Shown here piece after piece: positions 28,257 to 38,353 of a stretch of DNA of 64,000 nt. The notes beneath the pieces were generated by a model, which did no database searches, was not told the origin of the DNA, and was given only the letters and a program-made list of their open reading frames with translations. Positions within the stretch are counted from its first letter, which is position 1; each line of letters starts with the position of its first letter. The position numbers and the translations under genes were made by a program. This stretch comes from Aliidongia sp. (lineage in GTDB: Bacteria; Pseudomonadota; Alphaproteobacteria; ATCC43930; CGMCC-115725), in NCBI GenBank assembly GCA_035539155.1, contig DATLIZ010000041.1:135776-199775 (forward strand), written 5' to 3'.

Positions 28257-30833
28257 ATGATGGGCACGATTTCTGCCGACGGCGCGAAAGTGAACGTCAC
28301 CGACTGCGACCGTGAACCGATCCATATCCCGGGCGCGATCCAGCCTCATGGCGTCTTGCTGGCCCTCGATCCGGCGGATATGACCATCGTGCAGGTAGCG
28401 GGCGACACGGAGACCCTACTCAGCACCACGCCGCAGGCGCTCCTCGGACAATCCTTTGAAGCCCGCCTGGGACCGGCCGCCATGGTGAGGCTCGGCGGCG
28501 TTCTCGACAGGGAATCCGTCCTGCCGCACCCGCTATTCGTGTTCGAGACCAGGATCGAGAACGCCCCGGCACCGCTGGACGCCATCGTCCATATCAGCGA
28601 AGGCACCATTATCGTCGAGCTGGAAACGCAGCGCGATGCCGGCGAGGACGATCCGCTGGCCCTCGTCCAGCAAATGATCTCACGCGTCGCGGCAGCCGAT
28701 TCCTTGGCCAGCTGCGCTGACGCCGCGGTTACCGAGACCCGCAAGGCGACGGGATTCGATCGAGTGATGCTCTACCGCTTCCTCAGCGACGATTCGGGCA
28801 GCGTGATCGCGGAGGACAAGGCGGATTGCATGGAGCCCTATTTGGGCCTCAGATATCCGGCGTCGGACATTCCGAAGCAGGCCCGCGCTCTTTATCTGAC
28901 GAACTGGCTGCGGCTCATTCCGGATGCGGGCTACAGCCCGGCGCCGATCATGCCGGCCCTCAATCCCAAGACCGGCAAACCCCTCGACCTCTCGCACAGC
29001 GTGCTTCGGAGCGTATCGCCGGTGCATCTGAAATATTTGGCTAATATGGGCGTGGCGGCCTCCATGTCCATGTCGATCGTGATTCAGGGCCGGCTCTGGG
29101 GATTGATCGCCTGCCATCATCGCACCCCGCATTTCCTCAATACACGTCGTCGGGCCGCCTGCGAGCTTTTTGCACAGATGTTGTCGCTCCAGCTTCAGAC
29201 CAAGCTCGAGAGCGAGGTTTCGGCCCAAAGGATTCAGGCCGGCGAGATCCGTCGCGAGTTGGTCGCCCACTTGCCGCGTGACGATTTCGCCGAGGCGCTG
29301 ATATTCAGCCGCCCGAACCTAATGGATCTCATACCGGCACAGGGATGCGTCGTGTTTGTCGACGGCACGGTGTCGAGCACGGGCCGCGTGCCGCCGACCG
29401 AGCGGCTGCTGCGGCTCATTCGCTGGCTCGATGCGCAACAGAGCGATGGGATCTACGCGACCAATTCGCTTGCCTCCGTGTTCCCGGAGGCTGCGGCCTA
29501 TTGCGATATGGCGAGCGGCGTGCTCGCCCTTTCGGTCTCGCGCTCGCCGAAGGATTACGTGCTGTGGTTCCGTCCGGAACTCCGTCAAATCGTGCGGTGG
29601 GCGGGCAACCCGGCGAAATCGGTCGAGCCCGGATCGCAAGGCCTCGCCCTGTCGCCGCGGGCCTCCTTCGCGGCTTGGGAACAGACCGTCAGCATGCAAT
29701 CGGAACCCTGGAGCGATGGGGATCTGGAAAGCGCGGCAACGCTGCGGACCTCGATCTTGGAGGTGGTGCTGCATCGCCTCGATTGGGCGATGCGCGACCG
29801 GCAGCTTGCCGAAACCCGCCAGCAGCTGCTCATGGCGGAACTCGACCATCGGGTCAAGAACACGATCGCCGTGGTCCAGTCGCTGGTGAGCCTATCGAGC
29901 AAATCGGCTCGATCGCTGACGGAATTCACCGACGGCCTGCATGATCGGCTGATCGCCATGGCGCGCGTTCAGAACCTGCTCACCCAGACGCGCTGGGAAG
30001 GGATACCCCTGCGCACCCTCATCGAGCAGGAAGCGGCGGTATTCCAGGACGGGAGCGAAGATTGCTGCGAAATCGTCGGCGATCCGGTCGTGCTGGCCCC
30101 GCGCGCCGCCGCCGCGCTCAGCATGGCGCTGCATGAGCTGGCCACCAATGCCGGCAAGTACGGGGCACTTTCGACAGCAGCGGGTTGGGTGAGGGTTCAG
30201 TGGCAGGTAGCCCCGTCCGCGGCAGAGCTGGTCCTGACCTGGGCGGAAACGGGCGGCCCTCCGGTTTCTCCGCCGACGCAACGGGGTTTCGGGCGGACTT
30301 TGCTCGAACGGTCCGTCGCACATGATCTCGGCGGTACGGTCACTCTCAATTTCGAGCCTTCCGGCGTGACCTGTCATGTGACTATTCCCCTGACCCAGAT
30401 CATATCCCGGACCTCGATCGGTCCGCTGGAGCAGCCGGCGGCCAAGGAGACCGCCGATCCGTCGACCTTCTCGGGATGCCGGATTCTACTGATCGAGGAT
30501 TCCGGGCTCGTCGCCCTCACGGTCCAAGCCATGCTCGAAGACGCCGATATCCAGATTGTCGGGCCGATCGGGAACCTGCGTGATGCCGTGCGAGCGGCAA
30601 TGGAAACCCCCTTCGACGCCGCCATCCTCGATGTCGATCTCGCCGGCAATCCGGTATGGCCGGTCGCCGACGCCCTGCATAAACGGGGCCTGCCATTCGT
30701 CTTCACCACCGGCTACCAGGAGGCGGTCGTGCCGCAGCGGTTTTCGGGCCGGCCGGTCCTCTTGAAACCTTACCGCTCGGCCGACCTGATCGCGGTACTT
30801 TCCGAGCTGTGTTGCCTGACCAAGGCGAGCTGA
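28257..30833 (+). CDS. bphP: bacteriophytochrome: PAS-GAF-PHY photosensory core, HWE/HisKA_2-type histidine kinase, C-terminal receiver domain
   Basis: N-terminal CDREPIHIPGAIQPHG (biliverdin-binding Cys in the PAS domain), a GAF region (DRVMLYRF...YLGLRYPASDIP), and a PHY domain. The kinase region reads ELDHRVKNTIAVVQSLVSLS, and the C-terminal REC domain reads RILLIEDSGLVA...ILDVDL. Start at MMGTISADG after a GAGGAGG RBS; the track ORF begins at 28038 in the same frame. Confidence 0.9.
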   Translation: MMGTISADGAKVNVTDCDREPIHIPGAIQPHGVLLALDPADMTIVQVAGDTETLLSTTPQALLGQSFEARLGPAAMVRLGGVLDRESVLPHPLFVFETRIENAPAPLDAIVHISEGTIIVELETQRDAGEDDPLALVQQMISRVAAADSLASCADAAVTETRKATGFDRVMLYRFLSDDSGSVIAEDKADCMEPYLGLRYPASDIPKQARALYLTNWLRLIPDAGYSPAPIMPALNPKTGKPLDLSHSVLRSVSPVHLKYLANMGVAASMSMSIVIQGRLWGLIACHHRTPHFLNTRRRAACELFAQMLSLQLQTKLESEVSAQRIQAGEIRRELVAHLPRDDFAEALIFSRPNLMDLIPAQGCVVFVDGTVSSTGRVPPTERLLRLIRWLDAQQSDGIYATNSLASVFPEAAAYCDMASGVLALSVSRSPKDYVLWFRPELRQIVRWAGNPAKSVEPGSQGLALSPRASFAAWEQTVSMQSEPWSDGDLESAATLRTSILEVVLHRLDWAMRDRQLAETRQQLLMAELDHRVKNTIAVVQSLVSLSSKSARSLTEFTDGLHDRLIAMARVQNLLTQTRWEGIPLRTLIEQEAAVFQDGSEDCCEIVGDPVVLAPRAAAALSMALHELATNAGKYGALSTAAGWVRVQWQVAPSAAELVLTWAETGGPPVSPPTQRGFGRTLLERSVAHDLGGTVTLNFEPSGVTCHVTIPLTQIISRTSIGPLEQPAAKETADPSTFSGCRILLIEDSGLVALTVQAMLEDADIQIVGPIGNLRDAVRAAMETPFDAAILDVDLAGNPVWPVADALHKRGLPFVFTTGYQEAVVPQRFSGRPVLLKPYRSADLIAVLSELCCLTKAS

Positions 30834-31084
30834 TCAAGCCAGGTGCCCCTTTCATGCCGGGCTTCGCGAGTCCCGCCATCGCCGCATAGCGCGACGGTTG
30901 CGCAAGTCTCAGCATCGTAACCATATCGGATGCGGCTTGATAAGGACCGGCTGAAGTGCCGGGGCCGAGAGCCGGAGCCCGGTCCGCCTGCATCGCCGCG
31001 ATGCGGACGGTGAATCGGCCTCCTACCGATCGCAGCCGGGACCCGTCGATTTCCGGCGTCCCGGCCATCCCCGAAAGACATCTC

Positions 31085-33046
31085 ATGAACTGGATCGTTC
31101 AATCGGCGACGGGCGTCCCCGCGCTCGTCGATATCATCGAGGGCGTCTTGGTCGTCCTCGCGCTCTACACCGCCTGGCGCAGCATCTTCTATATCCGCAA
31201 TGACAATGTCGGCATCGTCGAGAAGCTGTGGAGTCTCAGCGGTTCGGTCGAGAACGGCTTCATGTCGCTCGACGGCCGCGCCGGCTTCCGGCCCGAGGTG
31301 CTGCGCGGCGGCGTGCATTTCCTGGTCCCGTTCCAATACCGCGTCCATAAGCAGCCGCTGGTTACGGTGCCTCAGGGCACCATGGCCTATGTCTTCGCGC
31401 GCGGCGGCCTGCCGCTGCAGCCGGGCCAGACGCTCGCCATCGATCGGTCGGACCTTTCCTTCGAGAATACGCGCGCCTTCCTCGTCCATGACGGTCAGCG
31501 CGGTCCGCAGCGCCGCATCCTGCGCGAGGGCGTCTATGCCATCAACACCGCGCAATTCATCGTCTTCACCGCCAACGGCACCCATGCGGTCGAACTCAGC
31601 GACGCCTCGATCATCGACGAGATGCGCGCCATCCTCGACGAGCGCGGCGCGTTCGAGCCGGTAGTGATCCGCGGCCAGGACGATTCGATCGGCGTGGTCA
31701 TCGTCCATGACGGCCCGGCCCTGGAGCATGACGAGATCATCGCGCCCACGGTCGGCACCAACCCGGCCCATGCCGAGGGCTTCCACAACAGCTTCCAGGA
31801 TGCGGAGCGCTTCCTCGCCGCCGGCGGGCGGCGCGGCCGGCAGGAGCAGGTGCTGGTCGAAGGCACCTATTTCATCAATCGCCTGTTCGCCACAATCGAG
31901 ATTCTGCCCAAGACGATCATCGAGATCGGCAAGGTCGGCGTCGTCGTTTCCTATACCGGCCCGCACGGCGTCGACCTCTCCGGCTCAGAATACAAGCATG
32001 GCGAGCTGGTCGAGAAGGGCCGCCGCGGCGTCTGGCAGCGGCCGCTCCAGCCCGGCAAATACGCGATCAACCCTTATGCATTGAAGGCCGTGCCGGTCCC
32101 GACCACCAATTTCGTGCTTCGCTGGGTCGAGGGCCGCAGCGAGGAGCATGGCTTCGACCGGAATCTGAGTGAGATCCGGCTCATCACCAAGGATGCGTTC
32201 GAGCCGATCCTGCCGCTCTCGATCGTGCTGCACATCGCTTATGAGGATGCACCCTGGGTCATCCAGCAATTCGCCGACCTGAAGCTGCTGGTCGAGCAGA
32301 CGCTCGATCCGATGGTGAGCGCTTATTTCAAGGATGCGGCCCAGAGCAAGACGCTGATCGAGCTGGTGAGCCAGCGCGCCGAGCTGCAGCGCGAGGCGGT
32401 CGAGCAGATGAAGGAGCGCTTTCAGAAATACAAGCTCAACGTCATGGAAGTGATGATCGGAACGCCGCGCGCCGCCCCCAACGACAAGCATATCGACACC
32501 GTGTTCGAACAGTTGCGCGCCCGTCAGGTCGCCAAGGAGCAGCTCGCCACATATGACAGCCAACGCGTCGCCGCCGAGAAGGAGCGCGAGCTGCGCGAGG
32601 CCGAAGCCACCGCCAAGGCGCAGAGCGACCTCACCCGTTCGGCGATCCAGATCGAGGTGGCGCAGAACCAGGGTGCGGCCGAGCTGCGCCGCAAGCAGCA
32701 GGAGGCGGAGGCGACCAAGGTCACGGCCGAGGCGACCGCCATGCGCACCCGCACCGAAGGCTTGGCCGAAGCCGACAAGATCGCGGCCGTGGGCGAGGCC
32801 GGCGCGCGCTCGACCAAGGCGCAGGTCGGGGCCTTCGGCGGCCCGAGCTATCAGCTCGCCAAGGAGATCGCGATGATGCTCGAAGGCGCCATCCGCGACG
32901 CCAAGGTGCCGCTGGTGCCGAGCGTCACCCTGGGTGGCACCGGCGAGCGCGCCGGCAGCCCGATCGACGCCATGCTCGGCCTGCTCCTGAAGAATGGCGG
33001 GCTCAGCCTGCCGGCCCCCGGCGGCGCGCTGCCGCCGCAGATCTAA
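31085..33046 (+). CDS. flotillin-like SPFH/band-7 family membrane protein (YqiK-like)
   Basis: N-terminal TM helix, an SPFH-like domain, and a long Ala/Glu-rich coiled-coil tail (AEKERELREAEATAKAQ...). Start at MNWIVQS. Confidence 0.75.
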   Translation: MNWIVQSATGVPALVDIIEGVLVVLALYTAWRSIFYIRNDNVGIVEKLWSLSGSVENGFMSLDGRAGFRPEVLRGGVHFLVPFQYRVHKQPLVTVPQGTMAYVFARGGLPLQPGQTLAIDRSDLSFENTRAFLVHDGQRGPQRRILREGVYAINTAQFIVFTANGTHAVELSDASIIDEMRAILDERGAFEPVVIRGQDDSIGVVIVHDGPALEHDEIIAPTVGTNPAHAEGFHNSFQDAERFLAAGGRRGRQEQVLVEGTYFINRLFATIEILPKTIIEIGKVGVVVSYTGPHGVDLSGSEYKHGELVEKGRRGVWQRPLQPGKYAINPYALKAVPVPTTNFVLRWVEGRSEEHGFDRNLSEIRLITKDAFEPILPLSIVLHIAYEDAPWVIQQFADLKLLVEQTLDPMVSAYFKDAAQSKTLIELVSQRAELQREAVEQMKERFQKYKLNVMEVMIGTPRAAPNDKHIDTVFEQLRARQVAKEQLATYDSQRVAAEKERELREAEATAKAQSDLTRSAIQIEVAQNQGAAELRRKQQEAEATKVTAEATAMRTRTEGLAEADKIAAVGEAGARSTKAQVGAFGGPSYQLAKEIAMMLEGAIRDAKVPLVPSVTLGGTGERAGSPIDAMLGLLLKNGGLSLPAPGGALPPQI

Positions 33047-33050
33047 TTCG

Positions 33051-34505
33051 TTAGTCGCCCTCGAACGGACAGCTTTGGCGCGCCGCCGGATAGGTTCCGG
33101 CGGCGCCCGCGACACCGAGATCCACCATCAGCCGCTCGAAGCAGGGATGCTGCTGCAGCAGCATTCGGCCGGCCCGGACCGATTCCTCCAACGCCTGGGG
33201 CGAAAGGTTCCAGCTCGTGCTGATGTTCTTCACGTCGGTCTCCAAGGCGCTCTGGTCCGGCGAGAACTGATCGAAATCGATCGCGACCTTATAGACGCGC
33301 AGGCCCGCGAACAGCGGATGACCGGGCTGGCCGGCATTTGTGCTCCCGGCACTCTGCAGCGCGTCGGTCAGATCGTTCATGCTGGTGTTGGCATAGGCGG
33401 TCGTGGCGTCGATCGGCGTGCCGATGACGGTGCTGAGCACCTTCAGCAAGCCCGGAACGGCTTCGTCGCTGCCGATGTGATTGTCCGAATCGGATCGCGC
33501 ATTCACCGAGATCACGACGATGCGCTTGACCTTGCCGTCATTGATGCCGCCGAGGATCTGCGTCTGGCTGTGCGGGGCGACCAGCGCATCCATCAGCGAA
33601 TGGATGCCCTGATTGTCGGCGAGGCCGCCATCGAGCAGATGCAGATAATGCTCGTTGCGATAGGCGCCCTGCCCGTTCCTGAGCGCATGGGCATAACGTG
33701 CGCGCTTATATTCTTCGAGATTGATGTAGCGCGGCAGCGGCAAACCCAGCTCCGCCTCGATCCAACCGCCGCCGGGGATCTTGCCCTGGCAGCCTTCATA
33801 GCTGTAGTTGCGCAGGCTCATCGGCGAGAGCGCGACCGGGAACGCCGCCGACGCGGAGACGCCGACCGAGAGCGGCAACTGGTCGAGATCGGAGCACAGA
33901 TCGTCGAAGCGCGCCGGGGTAAAGGCGAAGACCTCGCCTGCCTCCATGTCGGTCGCGTTCATCAGTAGGATGGGGGCGCCCGGCCGGTACAGATCGGCGA
34001 AGCGGGCATGGTCGAAGAGCTCGCGGTCGAGCAGATCGCGCAACGCGTCGATCCGGGTAAAGCTGCTGAAAGCGAGGCGAGCCCAGGTCACGGGCTCGGC
34101 CGCCTGCCATTCCAGCGTGGCCATGTTGTCTCGGGCGAGGAACCGGTCCTTCAGCTCGTCCATCCGCTTCGGCCCGACCAGCGCGAACCAGCCGGCGACG
34201 ACGCTGCCGCCCGAAACGGATGACACCACCCTGACATGATCGACCAGCGATTGCGGGCCGGCCGGCGCCAGATAGCTCGTGTCCGCCAGCTGATCCAGGA
34301 CGCCGAGGCCGAGGGCGGCGGCACGCGACCCGCCGCCCGAGAAGGCGATCAGGATGAGCGGCGCGTTGGGGTCCGGATCGAGCGGGCTCGCGGACGGCGC
34401 ATTGGCGCTGCCCGCCGCCAGCGGCTTGTTCGGATAATCGGGAATGCTGGTGCAGGCGGATAGGATCGCCGCCAGCAGCAACGCCGCCGATAGCGAGCGA
34501 GGCAT
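33051..34505 (-). CDS. patatin-like phospholipase family lipoprotein
   Basis: Lipobox LSAC after the start MPRSLSAALLLAAIL. Contains an oxyanion-hole GGGxR motif (FSGGGSRAA), a GxSxG motif (VSGGS) and a DGG motif (DGGLADN). Confidence 0.8.
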   Translation of the reverse strand: MPRSLSAALLLAAILSACTSIPDYPNKPLAAGSANAPSASPLDPDPNAPLILIAFSGGGSRAAALGLGVLDQLADTSYLAPAGPQSLVDHVRVVSSVSGGSVVAGWFALVGPKRMDELKDRFLARDNMATLEWQAAEPVTWARLAFSSFTRIDALRDLLDRELFDHARFADLYRPGAPILLMNATDMEAGEVFAFTPARFDDLCSDLDQLPLSVGVSASAAFPVALSPMSLRNYSYEGCQGKIPGGGWIEAELGLPLPRYINLEEYKRARYAHALRNGQGAYRNEHYLHLLDGGLADNQGIHSLMDALVAPHSQTQILGGINDGKVKRIVVISVNARSDSDNHIGSDEAVPGLLKVLSTVIGTPIDATTAYANTSMNDLTDALQSAGSTNAGQPGHPLFAGLRVYKVAIDFDQFSPDQSALETDVKNISTSWNLSPQALEESVRAGRMLLQQHPCFERLMVDLGVAGAAGTYPAARQSCPFEGD

Positions 34506-34512
34506 GCTCCGG

Positions 34513-34722
34513 TCAGGTAAAGGTGACGACTTTCGGACGGACCACCGAAGTCCCGGCCAGCGCCACGGTCTCGCTTGATGGCGCATAGCCGTCCCCGCTC
34601 AAGGTGATGATGTATTGGTCGGCCGGCAGGATCAGGGTGTGGTTGGTCACGCCCACGCGATCGCCGTCGGCGAGCACGTCGCGGTCATCCTTATGGACCA
34701 CCAGCAGGTATTCGATCGACAT
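34513..34722 (-). CDS. small hypothetical protein immediately upstream of, and probably co-transcribed with, the patatin gene
   Basis: About 70-aa ORF (MSIEYLLVVHKDDRDVL...) ending 8 nt before the patatin start. No known domain recognised. Confidence 0.3.
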   Translation of the reverse strand: MSIEYLLVVHKDDRDVLADGDRVGVTNHTLILPADQYIITLSGDGYAPSSETVALAGTSVVRPKVVTFT

Positions 34723-35120
34723 CGCATCGTCCCCGATCGATTGATGCAGCGAATCACGCCCCATGACCCCCCACAGGACCGGCGCAGGACTTTCCCCACA
34801 GATCGACTACAACCAACAGCACTGAATAAAGACTAGTTATACTGGCAAATGGCTGTATAGAATCCTTGACAATACTGCACGTTGTCCCAGCATTGCTCAA
34901 GACCAAACGACACTCAACCGACGAGATAGCAGCGCCTCGGCATTTCAGGCACGGCGTCAGGCGGCCCCGCTCTCGACCGCGCCCTGGTTGCAAGGAACGC
35001 CGATAACCCTTTCGGACGGCCCCCCTTGCATGGCCGCCTCGCCAATCGAGCCGGTTTCCGGCAGGCCGTCCCATGCGATTATGGTCATGATATTGCTACC
35101 AAAAATTGACGGGAGCGTAC

Positions 35121-36749
35121 ATGAACCGTTTGGGTTGTTTTCGGCTCGCCGCCTCCGCTCTCCTCGGCCTGATCGCGACGGCGGGCACGGCGTTGCCGGC
35201 AACGCCGCTCCAGGTCCGGACCGAGCAGGGCACGGTCGAGGGGCTGCGGGTCAAGGGTATCAGCGAATTCCTCGGCATCCCCTATGCGGTGCCGCCGATC
35301 GGCGATCTCCGTTGGCGGCCGCCGGTCGCGGCGAAGCCTTGGAGCGGCGTGAAGCGGGCGACGCGGTTCGGGCCGGCCTGCGCCCAGGTGACGACGCTCG
35401 GCGCTTTCGCCGGACCGGCCAACGACAATGAGGATTGCCTCACGCTCAACATCTTCACCCCCAAGACCGGTACCTCCGACAAGCTGCCGGTGCTGGTCTG
35501 GATCCATGGCGGCGGCAATATGGACGGCGCGAGCCGGGATTACGATGCCACCCGCCTTGCCGCGCTGGGCAAGATCGTCGTGGTCAGCATCAATTACCGT
35601 CTCGGCCTGCTCGGCTGGCTGGCCAATCCGGCCCTCGACGCGGAGGGGCATCCCTTCGCCAATTACGGCCTGCTCGACCAGCAGCTTGCGCTGAAATGGG
35701 TGAAAGAGAACATCGCCGGATTCGGCGGGGACCCCGGCAACGTGACCCTGGGCGGCCAATCCGCGGGCTCGATCGACGCGGAAGCGAGCGTCGCCTCTCC
35801 TCTGGCGGCCGGACTCTTCCACCGGGCGATCTTCGAGAGCGTCGTCCTCGACGGCATTCCGTTGCCGGCCGCGGAGAAGACCGGCGCCGATTTCGCCGAG
35901 GCCGCCGGCTGCGGGCGGGATGCGACGCCCGAGGTGGCGGCGTGCCTGCGCAATCTTCCGGTAAAGCGGATCATGCAGCTCGCCGGCACGGAATCCGTGC
36001 AAGGCCCCTATATCAGCATTCTCATCGCGGATGGTCAGATCGTGCCGGCCGCGCGCCTCTTCGCCGCGTTCAGGAACGGCACCTTTACCCATATGCCGAT
36101 CATGAGCGGCACGGTGCATGACGAGCAGAATTTCTCGGCAGCGATCGCGGAGTATTTTTCCGGGCCGCCCCGGCATGCGATCACGGCCGAACAATTCCAA
36201 GACCTCGTCAAAGGCAACTTCCCGCCGGAAACGGTCGGAAAAATTGTCCAGGAATACAAGCTCGCCAGCTACCCGAACCCGCAACACGCCTGGAACGCAG
36301 CGGGCACAGACGGCCTCGTCTGCCCGCAGCTCATGCTCAACCGCGTCCTGGCGCCACAAATCCCGGTCTATGCCTACGAGTTCAACGATGCCACGGCGCC
36401 GTTCTTCTTTCCTGCCATGCCCGACTTCGAGCCGCTGGCTTATCACACGGCCGATATTCAATATCTCTTCCCGCTCTGGCATGGCGGTCCCAAGGGCATT
36501 GCCCATCGGCTGAATGCCGGGCAGCAGCGCCTCTCCGACGCGCTGGTCAGGGCCTGGACGAATTTCGCGCGGAGCGGCGACCCGAATGGGCCGGGAGCGC
36601 CGCACTGGCCGGTCTTCCGCCCGACCGCGAACGAGCCCGGCTCGTACCTCTCCGAGACCCTGCCGGTCTCGGGAACGCTCACGGACCAGCAATTCTCCGA
36701 CGAGCATAATTGCGATTTCTGGGCCGGCATCGCGGCGGCCAGCCGCTGA
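35121..36749 (+). CDS. carboxylesterase type B, secreted (paralog of 4790..6511)
   Basis: Start MNRLGCF with a signal peptide. Same type-B motif set as the first copy (GIPYAVPPIGDLRW, EDCLTLNIF, VWIHGGG, GQSAG). Roughly 50% identical to the first copy by eye. Confidence 0.85.
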   Translation: MNRLGCFRLAASALLGLIATAGTALPATPLQVRTEQGTVEGLRVKGISEFLGIPYAVPPIGDLRWRPPVAAKPWSGVKRATRFGPACAQVTTLGAFAGPANDNEDCLTLNIFTPKTGTSDKLPVLVWIHGGGNMDGASRDYDATRLAALGKIVVVSINYRLGLLGWLANPALDAEGHPFANYGLLDQQLALKWVKENIAGFGGDPGNVTLGGQSAGSIDAEASVASPLAAGLFHRAIFESVVLDGIPLPAAEKTGADFAEAAGCGRDATPEVAACLRNLPVKRIMQLAGTESVQGPYISILIADGQIVPAARLFAAFRNGTFTHMPIMSGTVHDEQNFSAAIAEYFSGPPRHAITAEQFQDLVKGNFPPETVGKIVQEYKLASYPNPQHAWNAAGTDGLVCPQLMLNRVLAPQIPVYAYEFNDATAPFFFPAMPDFEPLAYHTADIQYLFPLWHGGPKGIAHRLNAGQQRLSDALVRAWTNFARSGDPNGPGAPHWPVFRPTANEPGSYLSETLPVSGTLTDQQFSDEHNCDFWAGIAAASR

Positions 36750-36751
36750 CG

Positions 36752-37021
36752 TTACCGCTTGCCTGAGCCCGGCGGCGCTTCGTCGCCGGGTTGGGGCGGT
36801 TCTCCGCCATCCCTTGTAAGCAATTTCCGAAACGCGTCCCGGTCGCCACGACCGCTCCGGCCGGTAAAGAAGTCGGCCGTTCGGAGCGCCGCGAGCTTTT
36901 CCGCCACGGCACTCGCGACGAACTGATTGAGGCTCGTTCCATCCTCCGCCGCCAGCCGCTCCGCCTCGGCCTTGACGGAAGCAGGCAAACGCAGGGGGTA
37001 AGTCGAATTTTTCGGGCTCAT
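36752..37021 (-). CDS. ribbon-helix-helix type antitoxin (type II TA antitoxin)
   Basis: 89 aa; LRLPASVKAEAERLAAEDGTSLNQFVASAVAEKL is an RHH/CopG-type fold. Its start overlaps the upstream PIN gene stop (ATGA). Confidence 0.65.
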   Translation of the reverse strand: MSPKNSTYPLRLPASVKAEAERLAAEDGTSLNQFVASAVAEKLAALRTADFFTGRSGRGDRDAFRKLLTRDGGEPPQPGDEAPPGSGKR

Positions 37022-37440
37022 TTGCGCACCTTCATCAAAATCTCTCCCGGCAGCAGCACGGGCAGGTCGAAGCGTGCGGCAGCCGGCAGAAAGTGACGGC
37101 GATTGAAGGTGACCAGCGCGTCCGCCTGACCATTGACCGCAGCTTCAAGCACCATCTCGTCAGCCGGATCGCGGAGCTGCGGCCGCCACAGGAACCACGC
37201 TTCGACCGGCACCACCAGTTCGACCAGCCGATCGAAGAACATCGCGAGCTCCGCAGCCCGAAGCCCGCTTGCCAGCATATGCTCGGGACGATGAGAAACC
37301 GCTTCATACTCCAAGAACAGCGGCACCGTCGCCAGAAGTTCCGCCAATCCATCATCGATCGCCAAAAGCAGTGCCGACGAAGCGCCTGTCGGGCTCCGCA
37401 GGGCCGCGACGATCACGTCAGTGTCGAGCACGAGTCGCAT
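37018..37440 (-). CDS. PIN-domain toxin (type II TA system toxin)
   Basis: MRLVLDTDVIVAAL N-terminal PIN signature with a conserved acidic residue pattern; about 140 aa. The track ORF extends to 37572, but the internal ATG is the family-typical start. Confidence 0.7.
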   Translation of the reverse strand: MRLVLDTDVIVAALRSPTGASSALLLAIDDGLAELLATVPLFLEYEAVSHRPEHMLASGLRAAELAMFFDRLVELVVPVEAWFLWRPQLRDPADEMVLEAAVNGQADALVTFNRRHFLPAAARFDLPVLLPGEILMKVRK

Positions 37441-37621
37441 ATAGTTTGATATCACATCATCAGCGATATTACAATCTGCTTGACCATCGATGTTGACTTC
37501 AGAGCCCCGAGCAATCGCCTCGGGCGCTTCGGGGCTATCGCCAAGCACGAAGTCTCCAATTGACTCACGCATAACTCACCGGTTATTGATCTAACCAATA
37601 GCCAGCGAGTTATGAGTCGTA

Positions 37622-37945
37622 ATGCCGTACAGTCCCGACCTGCTCTTCAAAACGCTCGCCGATCCCACGCGGCGAGCCATCTTCGAGCGGCTGTGCCGTG
37701 AGGGGGAGCAGACGGTCGGGGCTCTGACGGCTCGGTCGGGGGTCTCGCAACCGGCCGTCTCGAAGCATCTCGGCGTCCTGAAGCAGGCCGGGCTGGTACT
37801 CGACCGCCATGAAGGCCGACAGACGCATTATAGCGCGCAGCCCGGCGCCCTGGCCCCGTTGACCCACTGGACAAGCCAAATGTTCGGGTTCTGGCAGAGC
37901 CGTTTCGACGATCTCGAAGATCTGCTGAAAAGGATGGACCAATGA
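37622..37945 (+). CDS. ArsR/SmtB family transcriptional regulator
   Basis: LADPTRRAIFERL...SQPAVSKHLGVLKQAGLV winged-helix motif; 107 aa. Confidence 0.85.
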   Translation: MPYSPDLLFKTLADPTRRAIFERLCREGEQTVGALTARSGVSQPAVSKHLGVLKQAGLVLDRHEGRQTHYSAQPGALAPLTHWTSQMFGFWQSRFDDLEDLLKRMDQ

Positions 37946-38352
37946 ACGAGAACTCGACCGAAAGCCTCTCCGTCGTCGTCGAGCGGGAGATCCCGCATCC
38001 GCCGGAGAAGATCTGGCGCGCGCTCACCCAGCCGCATCTGATCGAGGAATGGCTGATGAAGAACAACTTCAAGCCTGCCGTGGATCACCATTTCAATTTT
38101 CGCGCGGACTGGGGCGCTGTCGATTGCCGCGTCGTCGCCATCGAGACGAACAAGACGCTGTCTTACACCTGGGCGGCCTACGGTCTCGAGAGCGTCGTCA
38201 CCTGGACTCTCACCCCGTCGACCACGGGAACCCACCTGCGTATGGAGCAGTCCGGCTTCCGGCCGGATCAGCAGCAGGCCTATCAGGGCGCCAAGATCGG
38301 GTGGCAGCGCTTCTTCGCGGCAATGGAACAGCTCTTGGCGCGGATAGAGTGA
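37942..38352 (+). CDS. SRPBCC family protein (AHSA1/Aha1-like)
   Basis: 136 aa with an EREIPHPPEKIWRALTQP N-terminus typical of the family. Overlaps the ArsR stop; a common ArsR-SRPBCC pair. Confidence 0.8.
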   Translation: MNENSTESLSVVVEREIPHPPEKIWRALTQPHLIEEWLMKNNFKPAVDHHFNFRADWGAVDCRVVAIETNKTLSYTWAAYGLESVVTWTLTPSTTGTHLRMEQSGFRPDQQQAYQGAKIGWQRFFAAMEQLLARIE

Positions 38353-38353
38353 C

